64,000 nucleotides of DNA from Podarcis liolepis (lineage: Eukaryota). The translations under genes and the position numbers were made by a program. Below are positions 10,520 through 24,027 of this stretch, piece by piece. The first letter of the stretch is position 1, and each line of letters starts with the position of its first letter. Location of the stretch: assembly GCA_965112155.1 (NCBI GenBank), contig OZ218102.1. The stretch is one strand, 5' to 3'. The notes beneath the pieces were generated by a model. The model made no database searches. It was not told the DNA's origin and saw only the letters and a program-made list of their open reading frames with translations.

Positions 10520-11479
10520 TAATACAGAAAAGCTGTGAGTCCAACAGATATGTTTGTGCATCGTTACTCTCACATAAATAAGATTATCATTTAACCTCGA
10601 CCAGCATATTCTGGCATAAATTGGTAATAAACACAGACCCTTGGAGATTACTCATTATTTGGAAGACTCAAAATCCTGAAGACAGATGCAATCCCCAGAT
10701 ACTTCCCATTTTAACACCATAGCAAATTACTTTCACTCATTTGCTTAGTTAGTGCATCACATGTATGACTCCCTACTGGCATGCGCATATATATATATAT
10801 ATATATCCAGGAGGGGGAATGTAAAGCTTGGCAAGTGTGCTAACACATATGTTAATTAAGCCTGAGTATACTTTCAAACGATGGAACCGAATCAGAAGAT
10901 TTCTTTCAAGCACATTACAAATCAGAGTTTTCACCTTAATGCAAGATCTTTTGAAATGTTAAATCTTAAGAATTGTCTCTTGGGGCTTGATCCATGCGGC
11001 TATCAATCTCAGGTCAATGGATTAAATCGTAGAGCCCTTCGTCTCCTCCCTGTGGCCAGAGTCCCATAATTTATGAAGAAAGCTCCAGAGCTCAGTGGTT
11101 GGGCCCATGTTGTATATATAGAAGGTCCTAGGTTCAGATCATGGCATCTGGCCAATACCTTAGTGACCAGCAAAATACGCAGGCATCACTGGACTGGAGG
11201 AATCAGTGGTTATCTGATACCGATAACCTCAGCACACTCATATAACTTACATGACTCTATAATAGTTTAGCAGACCAGGTTTTCCACCAAATGGAACAAG
11301 GTAGTAGTGAGGCAACCTGTACCAAGTTATGTGTCTTCATATGCATATTGATTATTTATAGTGATGTGTGATTTACGAAAAAATGAAAGGTAATCAGCAA
11401 ATAAAACAAATTTAATAAAATCCTAATAAACCACAACAAAAACTAGTTCAGCAGATGGCAATGCAAAGTCTACTGTTGT

Positions 11480-11915
11480 TCTGGAAAGGATGGCAGTGGA
11501 GAGGCTAAATTGACCTCTCTTGGAAGAGCGTTTGAGCATCGAAGCTACCACCAAGAAGGCTCTGTTCCTTGTAGAGGCTTAACCTAGCCTCTCCGTAAGA
11601 GAGAATCTGGAGCAGGACACCCTGAAAAGGGGTGTGTGTGTGTAATAGGAGAAGATGTTGCCTGAGATTAATCAGGACCTAAGCTGTTTAGGACTGTAAA
11701 GGTCAGGACTTACACTTCAAGTTGGGCTTAGAAACGAATTGGCAGCCGGTGCAGCTGTCTCAAAATAGGTGAAATATGAGAGATCCTATCCGTTTCTGTC
11801 AGCAGGCAGGCTGCCATATTCTCGCCACAAGCTGAAATTTCTGAACTGTTTTCAAAGGTAGCCCCATGTAGAGGGTATCACAGTAGTCTAATCTGCACAT
11901 TGCTAAAGCATGAAT
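11480..11915 (-). mobile_element. Old L2-clade LINE 3' fragment
   Basis: Reverse-complement similarity to the L2 fragment at 13095 (e.g. TTCAAAGGTAGCCCCATGTAGAG). Confidence 0.6.
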
Positions 11916-12969
11916 GGCATTGGCTGAAACATTGCTAGCATGCACCTTGAGATGTCTGACATATGGGAGTCGAAAGCAGGCAATGCCAAGCTTTTAATAA
12001 GTAAACATTTTAATATTTTACAGTCTATTCTTTGTCCTGCCTCAGAATCTTTCTGAACCCCTTTATAGGCCAGGATTGTTACTGAATTTCTGCCCTACTC
12101 CCAGCAGGAAAATAAATACTCCTGCACCCCCTGTTTGTAATTAGCTTTAATGTAAGTAAAGATTACCGTTGTTATTTATTATGCAGGCTTTCGGGCAATT
12201 AAAGGGGAAAAACAAGGTTGTATTCTGAGGTCAGTCTGGTCTTTTCTGCCTCGTGGCAAAAAAATAATAATACAAACTTAAACTGTTGAAAATGAACAGC
12301 AAGTAAAACGTTTCTGTAAAAATAAGATGTATATTGCAAAATAAGCTATACGTTGTACATCATGAACTAAAAAGTTTGGTGATGATTACATTTATGTGAG
12401 GTATATTTTCTGTACAAACACCTCAGTAGGAAAAACAGTTACAAAACTGTTAATCTAAACAGTTATAAAAACATTTAACCACCTCTAAAATGCATATGAA
12501 AATAATAGTAAATTAGTTCTGAAGGCTAGCAGCCTTTCATATTGGAAAGGACATTGAAGGTTTGAGCGTGCCTATGTTATGAGAGTGTTAATGGGGGGGA
12601 AAACCAGTTATTACTCAGAGGGTGTGTATATATGTGACTTGTTTAGGTTAAAAAAATAAACATTTAGCAAGCTCTCCACCTGATAAAAGGTGATCAAGGT
12701 AAGGCAGAATGTTTGTAGTTCTTGTCTAGCAGCTGCATTTGAGTGCAAGATGGATATCGCCCAATATGCTTTTGCTATTTTTAGAATATTGTAGCAGGCA
12801 AAGCAAACACTTTCTGAGGAGACCCTGTGAAATGGCAGAACCTTCAGCTGTGCTGTTTCAGTCTTTGGCTATGCTCCCAGGTACCACTGCATGGACCCAG
12901 GGGCATTTGGTTCAAAGATAAAAATGCAGTTTTTTAGATGGCCACCTACTGAAACCCACACCCACAAAC

Positions 12970-13050
12970 AGAGGGTGAGTCTTAAAAGAGGCCCCGTGGA
13001 ACATGTGTACTCTGTATCTATGGGACCTCTTTTAAAGGACTCACCCTGTA
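12970..13050. mobile_element. Miniature Tc1/mariner-type fold-back element
   Basis: AGGGTGAGTCTTAAAAGAGGCCCC pairs with GGGACCTCTTTTAAAGGACTCACCCT; ends CTG-TA. Confidence 0.65.
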
Positions 13051-13092
13051 TATAGTGTGTGTGAGGGGGGGGAGGGAAATGAATAGAGGGTA

Positions 13093-13639
13093 GCTCTATG
13101 TGGGGCTACCTTTGAAGGTTACCCGGAAACTACAACTAATCCAGAATGTGGCAGCTAGACTGGTGACTGGGAGCGGCCGCCGAGACCACATAACAGCGGT
13201 TTTGAAAGACCTACATTGGCTCCCAGTACGTTTCCAAGCACAATTGAAAGTGTTGGTACTGACCTTTAAAGCCCTAAACGGCCTCGGTCCTGTATACCTG
13301 AAGGAGTGTCTCCACCCCCATCGTTGTACCTGGACACTGAGGTCCAGCGCCAAGGGCCTTCAGGCAGTTCCCTCATTACAAGAAGCCAAGTTACAGGGAA
13401 CCAGGCAGAGGGCCTTCTTGGTAGTGGCCCCCCTCCCTGTGGAATGCCCTCCCACCAGATGTCATAGAGAACAACAACTACCAAACTTTTAGAAGACATC
13501 TGAAGGCAGCCCTGTTTAGGGAAGCTTTTAATGTTTGACGGTCTATTGTATTTTAATATTTTGTTGGAAGCCACCCAGAGTGGCTGGGAAAGCCCAGCCA
13601 GATGGGCGGGGTATAAATAAATTAGTATTATTATTATTG
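13093..13639 (+). mobile_element. L2-clade LINE 3' end (ORF2 C-terminus remnant, 3'UTR and (TTA)n tail)
   Basis: ORF 13100-13492 GLPLKVTRKLQLIQNVAARLVTG...LHWLPVRFQAQLKVLVLTFKALNGLGPVYL is the typical L2 ORF2 C-terminus. Confidence 0.9.
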
Positions 13640-14779
13640 ATAAAAAACAACAGGGAGGGAATCTATCTTGGTGGTAGAACAGATGTTTTGCATGTAGAAC
13701 GTGCCAGGTTTGATCCTTGGGATCTCCACTTGGAAAGATCACATAAAGAAGATAGAAAAGACCTATGCCTGGGGCACTGCTAATTGATTTAGTTTCTGTA
13801 GTTGAACTGGCTGGTATGGCATAGTGCAAGGATAGCCAACGTCGTGCTTGCAGGGACTGATGGGAATTGTAGTCCCAACAACATGTGGAGGGGCCCCATG
13901 TTGGTTACCCTCAGTGAAGTGGCTAATGGGGTGGAAAATTCCATCTAGCACAAGAAGTTCCTGAGGTCAACTTGTTTAATATTCGCATTCAGCCTCTCAG
14001 AGGAAGAAGATCCCTTTTAAAATAATAGTTTCAAATTATGTAAGTTTTGTGGGATGAAAAGAAGCAACAAATTTGAACTATTTGATTTTGCCTAATTTCA
14101 TGGTAGCGTAAGCTTTATTTGGTTGTCGGTCAAGAAACAAATTGTGGAAGCGTGATTTTGTTTCTTTGAACTGCAGCAGGAATTGCCTCCCGTTAAAACT
14201 CAGCTTGCCTCAGCTTAAAACATTTGAAAGCTTCATTCACTCTAATGTCTGCCTTGTTACTTCCCAGGGGACTAACTGCTGTTTTCTGTTCCGACGTGCA
14301 GGAACACTTTTACCTACGGACCTCAAATTATTTCTTGCTAGGACTAAACTGCTAAACCTTTGTTACCCATGCTTGAATGTTATTGAAGTCTGTGTGATTT
14401 TCACCACATGATGGCCATCATACTGTGTATGCAAAAGTTGAATTGAGAGCTGCGTCAGACAAATTGGAGAGTCATGTAGAAGCTACTTAAAAAGACTTAA
14501 CTAGGTGGCACCATTTTGGTTGGCAGCTGACTAGCTTCCAGCATCTCAGATAAATTTGCTGTTATTATTCCACTTTAGGAATGGAATAGACTACATAACT
14601 GGGGCGTGGAGATATATATCTCCCAATTTTTAAAAGTGCAAGTAACTTCCTGACCATCTGAACCCAGCCATGCTCTTTAGCTTTACGTCCATTTTTGCTT
14701 CTCCTAGGCTCTACACAGAAAGGAATCAGAAGTGTATAACGGTTGCACTGGGAGGCTCAAAGAGGTGTTTGTATGTGTA

Positions 14780-14945
14780 CTATTATTATTACTTTTATTG
14801 TATATATCCCGCCCATTTGGCGGGGTTCCCCCAGCCTCTCTAGGTGGTTTCCATCACATATAAAAACATAATAAAATGTCAAACATAAAAAACTTCCTGA
14901 TACATGGTTGCCTTCAGATGTCTTCTAAAAGCTGTGCAGTTCTTA
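14780..14945 (-). mobile_element. L2 3'UTR fragment
   Basis: Reverse complement of 13485-13635. Confidence 0.7.
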
Positions 14946-16594
14946 TCAGCAACAAGCTCTGAGCATTGTACATAAAATAAATTCTGTGGAGGAAAATAGA
15001 TATCCATATTCTTTGTCCACTTTTTCTGTTCCTCCTTAGCATCTGCACTGCTCACACAAGGTAAACAGTTCAATCTTGTTGATGTCTACTGAGAAATAAG
15101 TGCCATTATTTTGAGTGCAGTTTGCTCCCAGGGAAGGGCATTTCGAATCAGAACTCATATCGCTTGTCCAAACAAGTGCGTATGGCAGGAAGAGAGAGAT
15201 GGGCTTTTATGGGATATTGAGGTACGAGTGAGACACAAAAGGGCCTTTAGCCACTGGAAATCACTTCCATGTCTTTGTTGTGCCTCAGAGAGGAGGCAGT
15301 GTGTTATAGCGGTTAAACTGTTGTGCGGGAGAAATCCAGCCTCACACTTAGCTGTAAATCTTGCTGGGCGACCTTGGCCTAGTCGCAATTTCTCATCTTA
15401 ACCTACCTTACAGGATAGAAGGGGAGCAAGACCTTTGTATGGCACCCTAAGTCCTTGGAGGAAGGGCAGGGCGAACCTAAAATCATATAGGTTAGTTATC
15501 AGTTTCAGACAAAACAAAACAATGACTAATCTGGAATCTAAAGGACATGTTGGGTACTGTGCTGACAGCTAGATTCCATAATTTACAGCATGCACCAGCA
15601 GTCAGCTTATTGGTGTCTCTGTCTCTTGTTTTTCTGTTTACATCTTGCAAGTCCTTTCTGCTTCACAAGTGCATTAAAGAGAGAAGATAAACACACTGTG
15701 ACGGGTAATCAGCTGAGTATATAGAGCTTCCTCCACCCACTTCCTTCAAACTAAACATGGTCAGCTGAGTTTTTAAGCTGTTCCTTTATCTCTCCCCCCA
15801 CCCCAAACTATGTCACACACTGCAGGCGTGAAATAAGCTTGTCGACTCTTTAAGTTCTCAGTGTCCACATCATTACAAAAATACAAAGGCTGAGCTTATG
15901 GTAGCATACTTGCTGTCAAGTTTTAGGACTGAATCATTTTAAAGTGTGAACTTCTCCAGGGCGAAAAGCAAAGAGACATATAGCGAGCCAATTGAGAGCA
16001 AAAAAGGCGGGGGGAAAGGGGGGGGATATATATCACTTATAGCAAATACACTTAAAATGGTAGGAACCTAAATAACAGAAATTCCAGCAAACAGCCGACA
16101 CTCTTATTATTATTTTGCTGGATCTCAGATACAAATTGTGATGAAGAGAAAAGGAAAACGGGAACCAATACGTAGTTAACACAAGATGTTTGTGCAACAT
16201 CAATTTTTGATGCTTTTTCACAGTGCATCTTTTTTCAAATAGGTCTCGTTTAGCATGACCTACAGGTGCGCCACACTGAGCAAATAAAGGGAAGGAAAAT
16301 CTGATTAGCAGCACAGTCTTTAGTTGCGTTCAGTTAGAAGTTAAGTCCCATTGATTCCAGTAAGACACACTTCCAAGCAACTCTCTTTAGGGTTGCAGTG
16401 TCAAGCCATCAAGCATAAGTGAGTCGTATTAACTTCTGTTTGCCCTGTGGGTTTAACAAGATGTCATGGCTGCTGCCAGCTCACATCTCCTCCATGCATC
16501 GTATTGGTAACATCAAGTCAAAGCCTGTTCCTTATCTTGCCCTGGCCAAGATTCCTACGACACATGAATATTGTCGGTTCAGCATATGTCAAGT

Positions 16595-16930
16595 TCTGTA
16601 TGGTGGATCTGGCCTTGAATACCATTCAGATACTGCTGCTGGTACAAAATGCAGTGGCTAGAGTATTGTTGAACCTTTTTGCACAGAGCCATATTAGCCT
16701 GTCCTTATGATACCAAATACTGGCTGCCTGTTCATTATAGAGATTAATTCAGTGTGCTAGTTTTGATGTATAAAGCTCTGAACAGTTTGGGACCTGATAA
16801 CCTGAAGGAATGCCTCTGCCTGTATTTCCCTGTCTGTATTTTAAGATCAGTTATGGAGTATGTTTTGATGACACCATAATTCCGTGAAGTTACAGGACCT
16901 TTTTGGCAGTGGCACCCCTGCTCTGGGATA
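16595..16930 (+). mobile_element. Old L2-clade LINE fragment
   Basis: Degenerate LLLVQNAVARVL...WLP...KALNSLGP motifs. Confidence 0.7.
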
Positions 16931-17092
16931 CAGTCACCTCCCCAATTGCCTGGTGGCAATGTTGTCCACCTTTTGGCCTTTTCCTCTCCCTGCATTTCAA
17001 CATGATTATTTTTGACCTGTGTCGGGACAGATAGGAGAGACAAAGTAGTGTTCTGTAATTTTACTGTTTCCATAATGGTTTCCTCCACCACC

Positions 17093-17095
<3 letters not shown>

Positions 17096-17137
<42 letters not shown>

Positions 17138-17163
17138 GTGTGTGTGGTTGTTGTTGTTGTTGT
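17096..17163. repeat. Compound microsatellite (CT)n(GT)n(GTT)n
   Basis: Directly visible. Confidence 0.95.
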
Positions 17164-17399
17164 ATTGCAATGAAATTGTTGCTACCAGCCCTGAGATCAT
17201 CTGTGATGAAATACAAGATATAAATTTCATAAACAAAACAAAACAAAACTGGCCAGCAGAGTTGCACAAAGACTTGGCCAAGATGACCATTAAATGCTCA
17301 TATTTTACAGGTAAACAGAGCTTGAGTCTTCACAGTTGGTAAAGTATTAGGCATGGCTGATTATTATTATTTTGCCTTGGATTTTCCTTTGCTATTGTT

Positions 17400-17464
17400 A
17401 ATCATAGAATCATAGAATCATAGAGTTGGAAGAGACCACAAGGGCCATCGAGTCCAACCCCCTG
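17400..17464 (-). mobile_element. CR1 LINE extreme 3' end
   Basis: Repeated ATCATAGA octamer tail followed by GTTGGAAGAGACC...GTCCAACCCCCTG. Confidence 0.8.
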
Positions 17465-18469
17465 ACTCTACTGGGGGAGTCAGGAATCCTCACTAATCTT
17501 CTGCAACTCACCCAAATATCTATAGGTATGTTTCAGTCTGCTGTCTGATCACCCCCATTGAAAGGTAAACAAGTGCTTCTTCAGCTTGGAATACTGTATG
17601 TGATACACGAGTCCTTAAATCAGCCAAAGAGCTTTAGAACAGCCGTTAATAGAGGTAACACCATACTCAAATGTTACTGCTTGTGAGGGACATTTTATAC
17701 TAACTCTTTATAGTAACTTACTGCCCTTCTAAGAGTTTGGTTCTGAGTTTACTTAGCCCAAAATCATCAGCAGTTTGATTTTGCAAAAAGCCAGTGAGAG
17801 GTTTGGGTTTGCTCTTGTAAATTTGGTAGAAGGAGCCATCGCTGGCAAGTAATTTTGTTGGAGTAAAACTTGTCAAATCGGAAGCATATATTCGTTTTGG
17901 GGAGGCAGAACAACATCCCAGTGTACTCTGTGGTGGCATTTGTGCTGAAATGGGAACTCCCAGTTCACCAGTAGCAAAGAGCAAAGTTGATATCTGTAAC
18001 TTGACCCTATAGAAATAGATCTATTTTTAATTTGTGCTGAATCTCAAAGACACAACGCTTAAGCCAAATCAATTAGTCACGTAGGTGGACAAATGCCAGA
18101 TATGGAGCGCAGTTTCCCCCCCCTTGCTGGCTTTTAAATAATAATGAAAATGCTGTTTCCTTTAACAGGAGGAATTTAAAATCTGCCAAAGGCTAAACAC
18201 TGCAATAGGGTTGGATCTATCCCAGAATTAAGCCACTTAAAGTCTGCAAACACTTCTTTGGGGTGGGCAAGGCCCTGAAATTCCACCTAGTTTGGCAAAA
18301 CAAAGCACTAAAGACAGTTCTTCAGTCAAATAATATGCTAGGTTAAAATATGTGTTTGAATCATGTGCTTGGGATTTTCTGCATGTTTCTCATTTTTTTT
18401 AAAAAAACAGCAGTGGGGGGCCTTGATCTAGGTTTGGGGCAGAGGTAATAGGGATTCATCCCTGGCAAT

Positions 18470-18598
18470 GAGTAAGTGCATATGGCTGTTAACCAGAAGA
18501 TTGGTGGTTCAAACGCACTCAGGGACAGCTGAGGGCAGGATTCCTGTATTGCAAGGGGGGTTGACTCTCTGGGTCCCTTCCAACTCTACAATTCTATG
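18470..18598 (+). mobile_element. tRNA-derived SINE with CR1-like tail
   Basis: GGTGGTTCAAAC B box; ends GGTCCCTTCCAACTCTACAATTCTATG. Confidence 0.65.
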
Positions 18599-18619
18599 GG
18601 ACTGTGCTTCTATCATTTC

Positions 18620-19291
18620 CAGGGGGGGATAACAATCAATTTTAAAAAATAAAAAAATAAAAAAATCAGATTTTTAAATTTTTAAATCAGAATTTTATTT
18701 TTTATTTAAATCGGTTTTTTAAAATTTAAATTGGATTTTAAAAATAAAATGCTTTTGGAGGAGAAATCTTTCTAAAGATAGTTTTATATTTAAGTTGCAA
18801 AATAGTCCAAAGGCTATTCATCAGGAAATAAGGATTTGTTTTAAGTTTTTCATGAGTGCTAAAACTCAGTCTAAGTTTGGGTTTTGTTTTTTTTAAAAAA
18901 GTTTAACCACATCAATTAACAAACATGGATACATAATGTTACTGTTTTAGTTAAATAAATTGTTTAAATTGTTATTAAGGAAATGATTGTTTTCCCCCTT
19001 CCAATAAAGTACAGCAGAAAAGTTGTCCAAATGCAGTTAACTTATTAAACCTCACAATAATTTCACAATTATCTGTCTATGTATTTCTAATAGTATAACC
19101 AAAGCAGTAATTTTTGATATAACTGTAAAAACTACTCTGAAAATTTATTATTCCAAAAATGAAACCTTTATCTGGTTGTAAATATTAAGATTATACCAGC
19201 AAGAATGAGTCTATCTGTGAAAAACCCGATTTAAATCAAGTCTTACTGACTCATGATTTAAATCAATTTGATTTAAATCAAATCCACTCTG
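18620..19291. mobile_element. AT-rich non-autonomous hAT transposon
   Basis: 8-bp TSD ATCATTTC at 18612-18619 and 19292-19299; imperfect TIRs CAGGGGGGGAT/ATCCACTCTG; subterminal ATTTAAATC repeats. Confidence 0.82.
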
Positions 19292-19858
19292 ATCATTTCA
19301 CCACTAAGCATTACCCCAGCCCCTCAATCTTCAACTGCCCTATACCCCCAGAAGCTGTTATTTTCTCCACACAACAGTTTTGGCGGCAGATAGAAGCTCA
19401 GCAGTTGTGTGTGTTTTTCCAGTGAGAAAGCAGCATGGGGGGAAAGGGTTAAGCCCCGCTCCTCAAGTCACCCATCCACCCACCCACCCACATAAATATA
19501 CGCTGCAGCCCTGATTCAAACCAGCTACCGTTTCATCTTTTTATACAGGGAATGTTGTGGTGTATTCCAAGCATGAAATAAAATGCGTGGATCACATCGC
19601 TACAACTTTTGTGTGATATTCAGCCGAAATCATACTGAGAATAAGCCAACCGATATGAAGAGACAAGTAACTTAAATAATGACGACTTTTAATTCCTTTG
19701 CTTTCACTCTTGAGTACAGTTAATGCAAGTTTTCTTCCATCCGTTTTGTCTAGTGGAATATAATATGCGCTCTGTGTGCAGGACTAAGTCAACCATATCA
19801 CTTGTTTGTCAAATGCAGTGGTTAAAGGTGTGGGATGTTTCTTGAGTTAACAGATATA

Positions 19859-20210
19859 CAGTGGTGCCCCGCAAGACGAATGCCTCGCAAGACGGAACAC
19901 CCGCTAGACGAAAGGGTTTTCCGTTTTTGAGCTGCTTCGCAAGACGAATTTCCCTATGGGCTTGCTTTGCAAGACGAAAACGTCTTGCGAGTGTTCCGAT
20001 TTATTTCCGCTCCCCCCCTTTTTCTAAGCCGCTAAGCCGCTAATAGCCTTTTAGCCGCTAAGCCGCTAAGCCTTTAATAGCTGCTAAACCGCTAAACCGC
20101 TAATAGCGCTAACCCGCTAAGCCGCTAATAGGGTTGCTTCGTAAGACGAAAAAACCGCTAGACGAAGAGACTCGCGGAACGGATTATTTTCGTCTTGCGA
20201 GGCACCACTG
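19859..20210. mobile_element. Tc1/mariner (Tigger-like) MITE with internal TAAGCCGC minisatellite
   Basis: TA TSD; same family as 10080. Confidence 0.92.
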
Positions 20211-21234
20211 TAGTATGAACCAGCTCAGGTAAATTAGAGATTTCTTTACCAGTTTGCTTATGCAAATATTGCTTCCTACCATATCAAGCAAATTTTCATT
20301 GAAACTGTTAGGTTAGTCTCCTGAGTTTTTTAGACACATGTTGAAATAATTTTCTGGAACAGAATAAGAATAGGCTCCACTTTAGTTACTGTTTCCTTTA
20401 AATGGAAAAAGAGAGCACATATTGTCGTTTGTTTTCTTAAGCATAAGGATGCAAGCATCCCTTTTAACTCCATATTCTTGCTAAAATTGCTGTCCAATGA
20501 ACTCCAAGGAGGACGTGCTCATAACTTTCAAAAGTGATACTTAAAATGTAACAGTTCCCCTATGAATTAAAAATATTGTCTTTGTCTGATTGGACTGATT
20601 TGAACTCAAGAGAAATTCCATTAATCCATTTGCCAATCAGATGTACTACTTAAATGGAGCTAGGGCAACATAGTCCGTAACCTCACTTTGATGAAACTGA
20701 AACATACTTTATATTGTAAACCACCCTGTGATCTTCGAATGAAGAGTGGTATAGAAATGTAATAAAAAAATAAATAAACAATTTTTAATACTGTTTTAAT
20801 TAATTACTTGCTGTTTCAATTAATTTGTGTGTGCATATATACACACACTATTTCATTTTTAAACAGTTTTCGTTTTGTAAACAACCGTGAGGTTTTCATA
20901 CCATCCATATTTTAACGTGAGCTTCTTGTAATACACATTTTTTTCTGTAAGCAGCTTTGCCTCATATGCACATACTTGCAAAATGATTCCCCTTTAAAAC
21001 AATTCATTTTTTGTATATTTTAACGAATATATGCATTTAAATGCACACTCTACCCTAAACAGATGTATTTTTGCACACATTCCTTGGCTGGAGGAGCGAG
21101 GATTTCAAAGGATGGCCTTGTATTATTTCGGAAAGTGTGAGCTAGATAGATTTGCCTTTAAATGTGAACAGAATCAAACTTCTCCCCCATCGCTACTAAT
21201 AGCTAATATGGCGTTCCCCAGCTGAGTGATAGAT

Positions 21235-21320
21235 AAGAGCATAAGAAAAGCCCTGCTGGATCGTGCCAAAGGCCCGTGTCGTTCAGCATCCTGTTCTCAC
21301 AGTAGCCAAACAGATGCCTT
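21235..21320 (-). mobile_element. CR1-clade 3' end fragment
   Basis: CATAAGAAAAGCCCTGCTGGATC...CAGCATCCTGTT; relatives at about 22255-22480 and 43362-43480. Confidence 0.55.
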
Positions 21321-21466
21321 TGTGAATTGATTAATAAGCTTTGGTGCCTTTCATCAGATCACTAGTGCTGGACTAGTAATCATGCAGCTAGAATGAAACC
21401 TTATGGTAATTTGCAAGTAGCTTCTCTGTGTGAACCCTTTAAAGATGTTCAGCAGCACAGGATTTC

Positions 21467-21514
21467 TAAGGTTAAAATAATTGTAAAGAGTAAGGTTAAA
21501 ATAATTGTAAAGAG
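21467..21514. repeat. Perfect 24-bp tandem duplication
   Basis: TAAGGTTAAAATAATTGTAAAGAG x2. Confidence 0.95.
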
Positions 21515-23759
21515 AGGAACAGACACCTTTTGTTATTTTTGGAGGGTGGGTGTTATTAAATCCCTGACAATCTTTCAGATCAAATCGATTGGGATCTAAG
21601 CATGCACACTCTTATACCATTGCACTATTCTGTTGCCGAAGGGTACACATTTTCATTAGAATTAGATCATGAATTTTGCAGGGACTTTTGCTGTGTGGAC
21701 CCCTTCTTACCCAATTCTTACTAAGAATTGCTACATTCCATTTTCAGGGTTAATATTCCCAGCTGCGACGGTGAAGCTCCTCTCGCCACATTTGAGTCTG
21801 ATCTGGATACCTTCCCCTCAAAAAACCTCCCTTCCCACCCCCTTTGTTTTCTCCAACTTGTTCTGAGCTGGAGTTGGGAGCATCGTTATAGGAGCAGATT
21901 TCATTCCTTGAAATGTGGAAGCGCAAAATGTTGTGCAAGTCATCAAGGGACTCCACGGGAAATGTAAAAAAAATATGATTGTTCAGCAGCAAAATCGTAG
22001 CAATAACGAGTAACCTAGTAACTGCACTTGGAATGTTATAAAAATGCAATGGTTCAGTGACAAAATAGATCCATTAATTGTTCTGAACTGAAGGAATTTA
22101 AAATGCTGCATTAATTTATTTATTAGAAATAATAAAAGTTTGTAACGCTGTGTTAGTATATGTATATATATCCTGCTGCAAGAACGGCAAGTTTCTTTGA
22201 CATGTAGAAATTATTCCTATTCCAAGATCCCTTCTGTGTCACAGAGAGGTTCAAGAAGGGAGACATGGCACAGACGCCACTGGATTATAAGTGGAATGCT
22301 GTTGGATCAAACCAAACGTCTATCTAATCGAGCACCCTGTTTCTCACAGCGGGTAACCGTGAGGGCAAGTGCCCCTGAGGGCAAGGGCCTTCTCCTGCTG
22401 TTATTTCTTAGTGACTGGTCCTCAGAAACATGCTATTGAATCTGGAGGTAGTATATAGCCATCATGACTAGCATTCATGTTAAGAGCATCTTCATGTGAT
22501 CTTCAGGTGCCTCCACCTGCAGAAGTGAAGAAGATGGCTAAGTGAGGCAGGGACTTTTCCGTAGTAGCACCCGGTTTTTGGAACTCTTTCCCTATTCTTT
22601 AGTGCAGTATTTCTACTGAAAATGGATCTTCCTGAAAGATGGGAGTCCTGACCTCGTGACTACTGGAAATCTCACTCAAAAATCCCTACAGGTTCTGAGG
22701 TTTTCACCAGGCATTGACCACATACATATAAACATAATTGACAGTCATAAATACTAGTAACATTTTTTTTAAAAAAATGAGAATTGAAATCCATAGGATA
22801 CTGTATTCTGTGGCTAATGCATTTTGTTTTTCGTTTTTCTGTGCTTCCATGAATAATACTATTTGTACCACACTGGTTATATATAATGATCACAGAAGTT
22901 GTTTATCTTCCTTGTGACTGGATGTTAAGCACTTACATTTGAAAACATTAGCAGTTTTGTTACAAACAGCATTCCCTGCTGTTATAGATTGAACTTCCAA
23001 ACAAAATGACACTGCAAAGCTGACATAGTTAAAAACTAGGAGAAAAAAGAAAACAGGAGGGTTTTTTAAGACTGAGGGATGGGTAAGACAAATGGTTCTG
23101 CCTTTAAGATATTAAGATGGCTTGTAATGAAGGAACAGCTGAAGGGCACAGTGACAAAACAGGGAGACTGGAGCTAAGAGCATACATTTGTCTGGCATAT
23201 ATTTGTGTTCCAAGTCAAGGGGATTGTGACTCCTTTAATTCCAAAACTGATTCAAAAAATACAGCATATTGTTTTTCAGATATCCTGATTTATTTGCTCT
23301 TTCCCAAAAAGTTGAATTGGGCATTTAGTTTTATATTCCAGACTATAATTTTTTAGATGTTATTTCCAAAGCCCTTAATGTTATCATCCTCTGAAGCCAA
23401 ATTGGTCACACTCCTAGTCAGATTAATTCTGTTAAATGCGAAGTGGTCAGAGATCTCGGAGTGATGCAGACTCTGTTGTAACGCTTCATCTACTTGCCAT
23501 GTGCAAAACTAATCCGTTCCAGACATGTTTTTAAAAGATAAGTCTACGGTTGTATTCAGTCCAGTGAGAGCCACTCATAATGCCATGGCAAGATTGTAAT
23601 CCTTTGGTGGCTTGTCAGGGCTGACAGCTCTATTAATTTACGACCCACGTTGCAGATAGGTTGTTAAAAAGGAAATGGTTATAAGTAATTAAGCCACTTG
23701 TGCTGAGTGGGTTTCATAGGGCAGGTACCAAGATAATATTATCTGGCTTTCTAGGTCAT

Positions 23760-24027
23760 AGAGTTACTCAAATGAGGACTCTGACAATTAGAGAAGATGA
23801 AAGTGCGAGTGAAAGAGAGGAAATCAGATTTTCACGTTCCTTAAATCTATATTCCTGCATAAACCAATGTTTCAGGCCAGATCAGATGTGGTACCAATAT
23901 AATCTTATATACTTTTCTGTGCCACAGAGTTACTAAAATGAGGACTCTTAAAAACTGAAGAAAGATGAGAGAAGAAATATGATTTTATATCCCTTAATCC
24001 TATTTTCCTGAATAAATCAATGTTTCA
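23760..24027. repeat. Diverged direct duplication, period about 166 bp
   Basis: AGAGTTACT-AAATGAGGACTCT...ATAAA-CAATGTTTCA at 23760-23873 and 23926-24027. Confidence 0.8.

Noticed and set aside
13100-13829. 130-aa and 187-aa ORFs
   Set aside because: L2 retrotransposon remnant and its antisense frame.
17295-17316. Recursive-splicing-like YAG|GT sites (17310, about 48554, about 55242)
   Set aside because: Weak donors or short pyrimidine tracts; cannot be supported without saw-tooth nascent RNA data.
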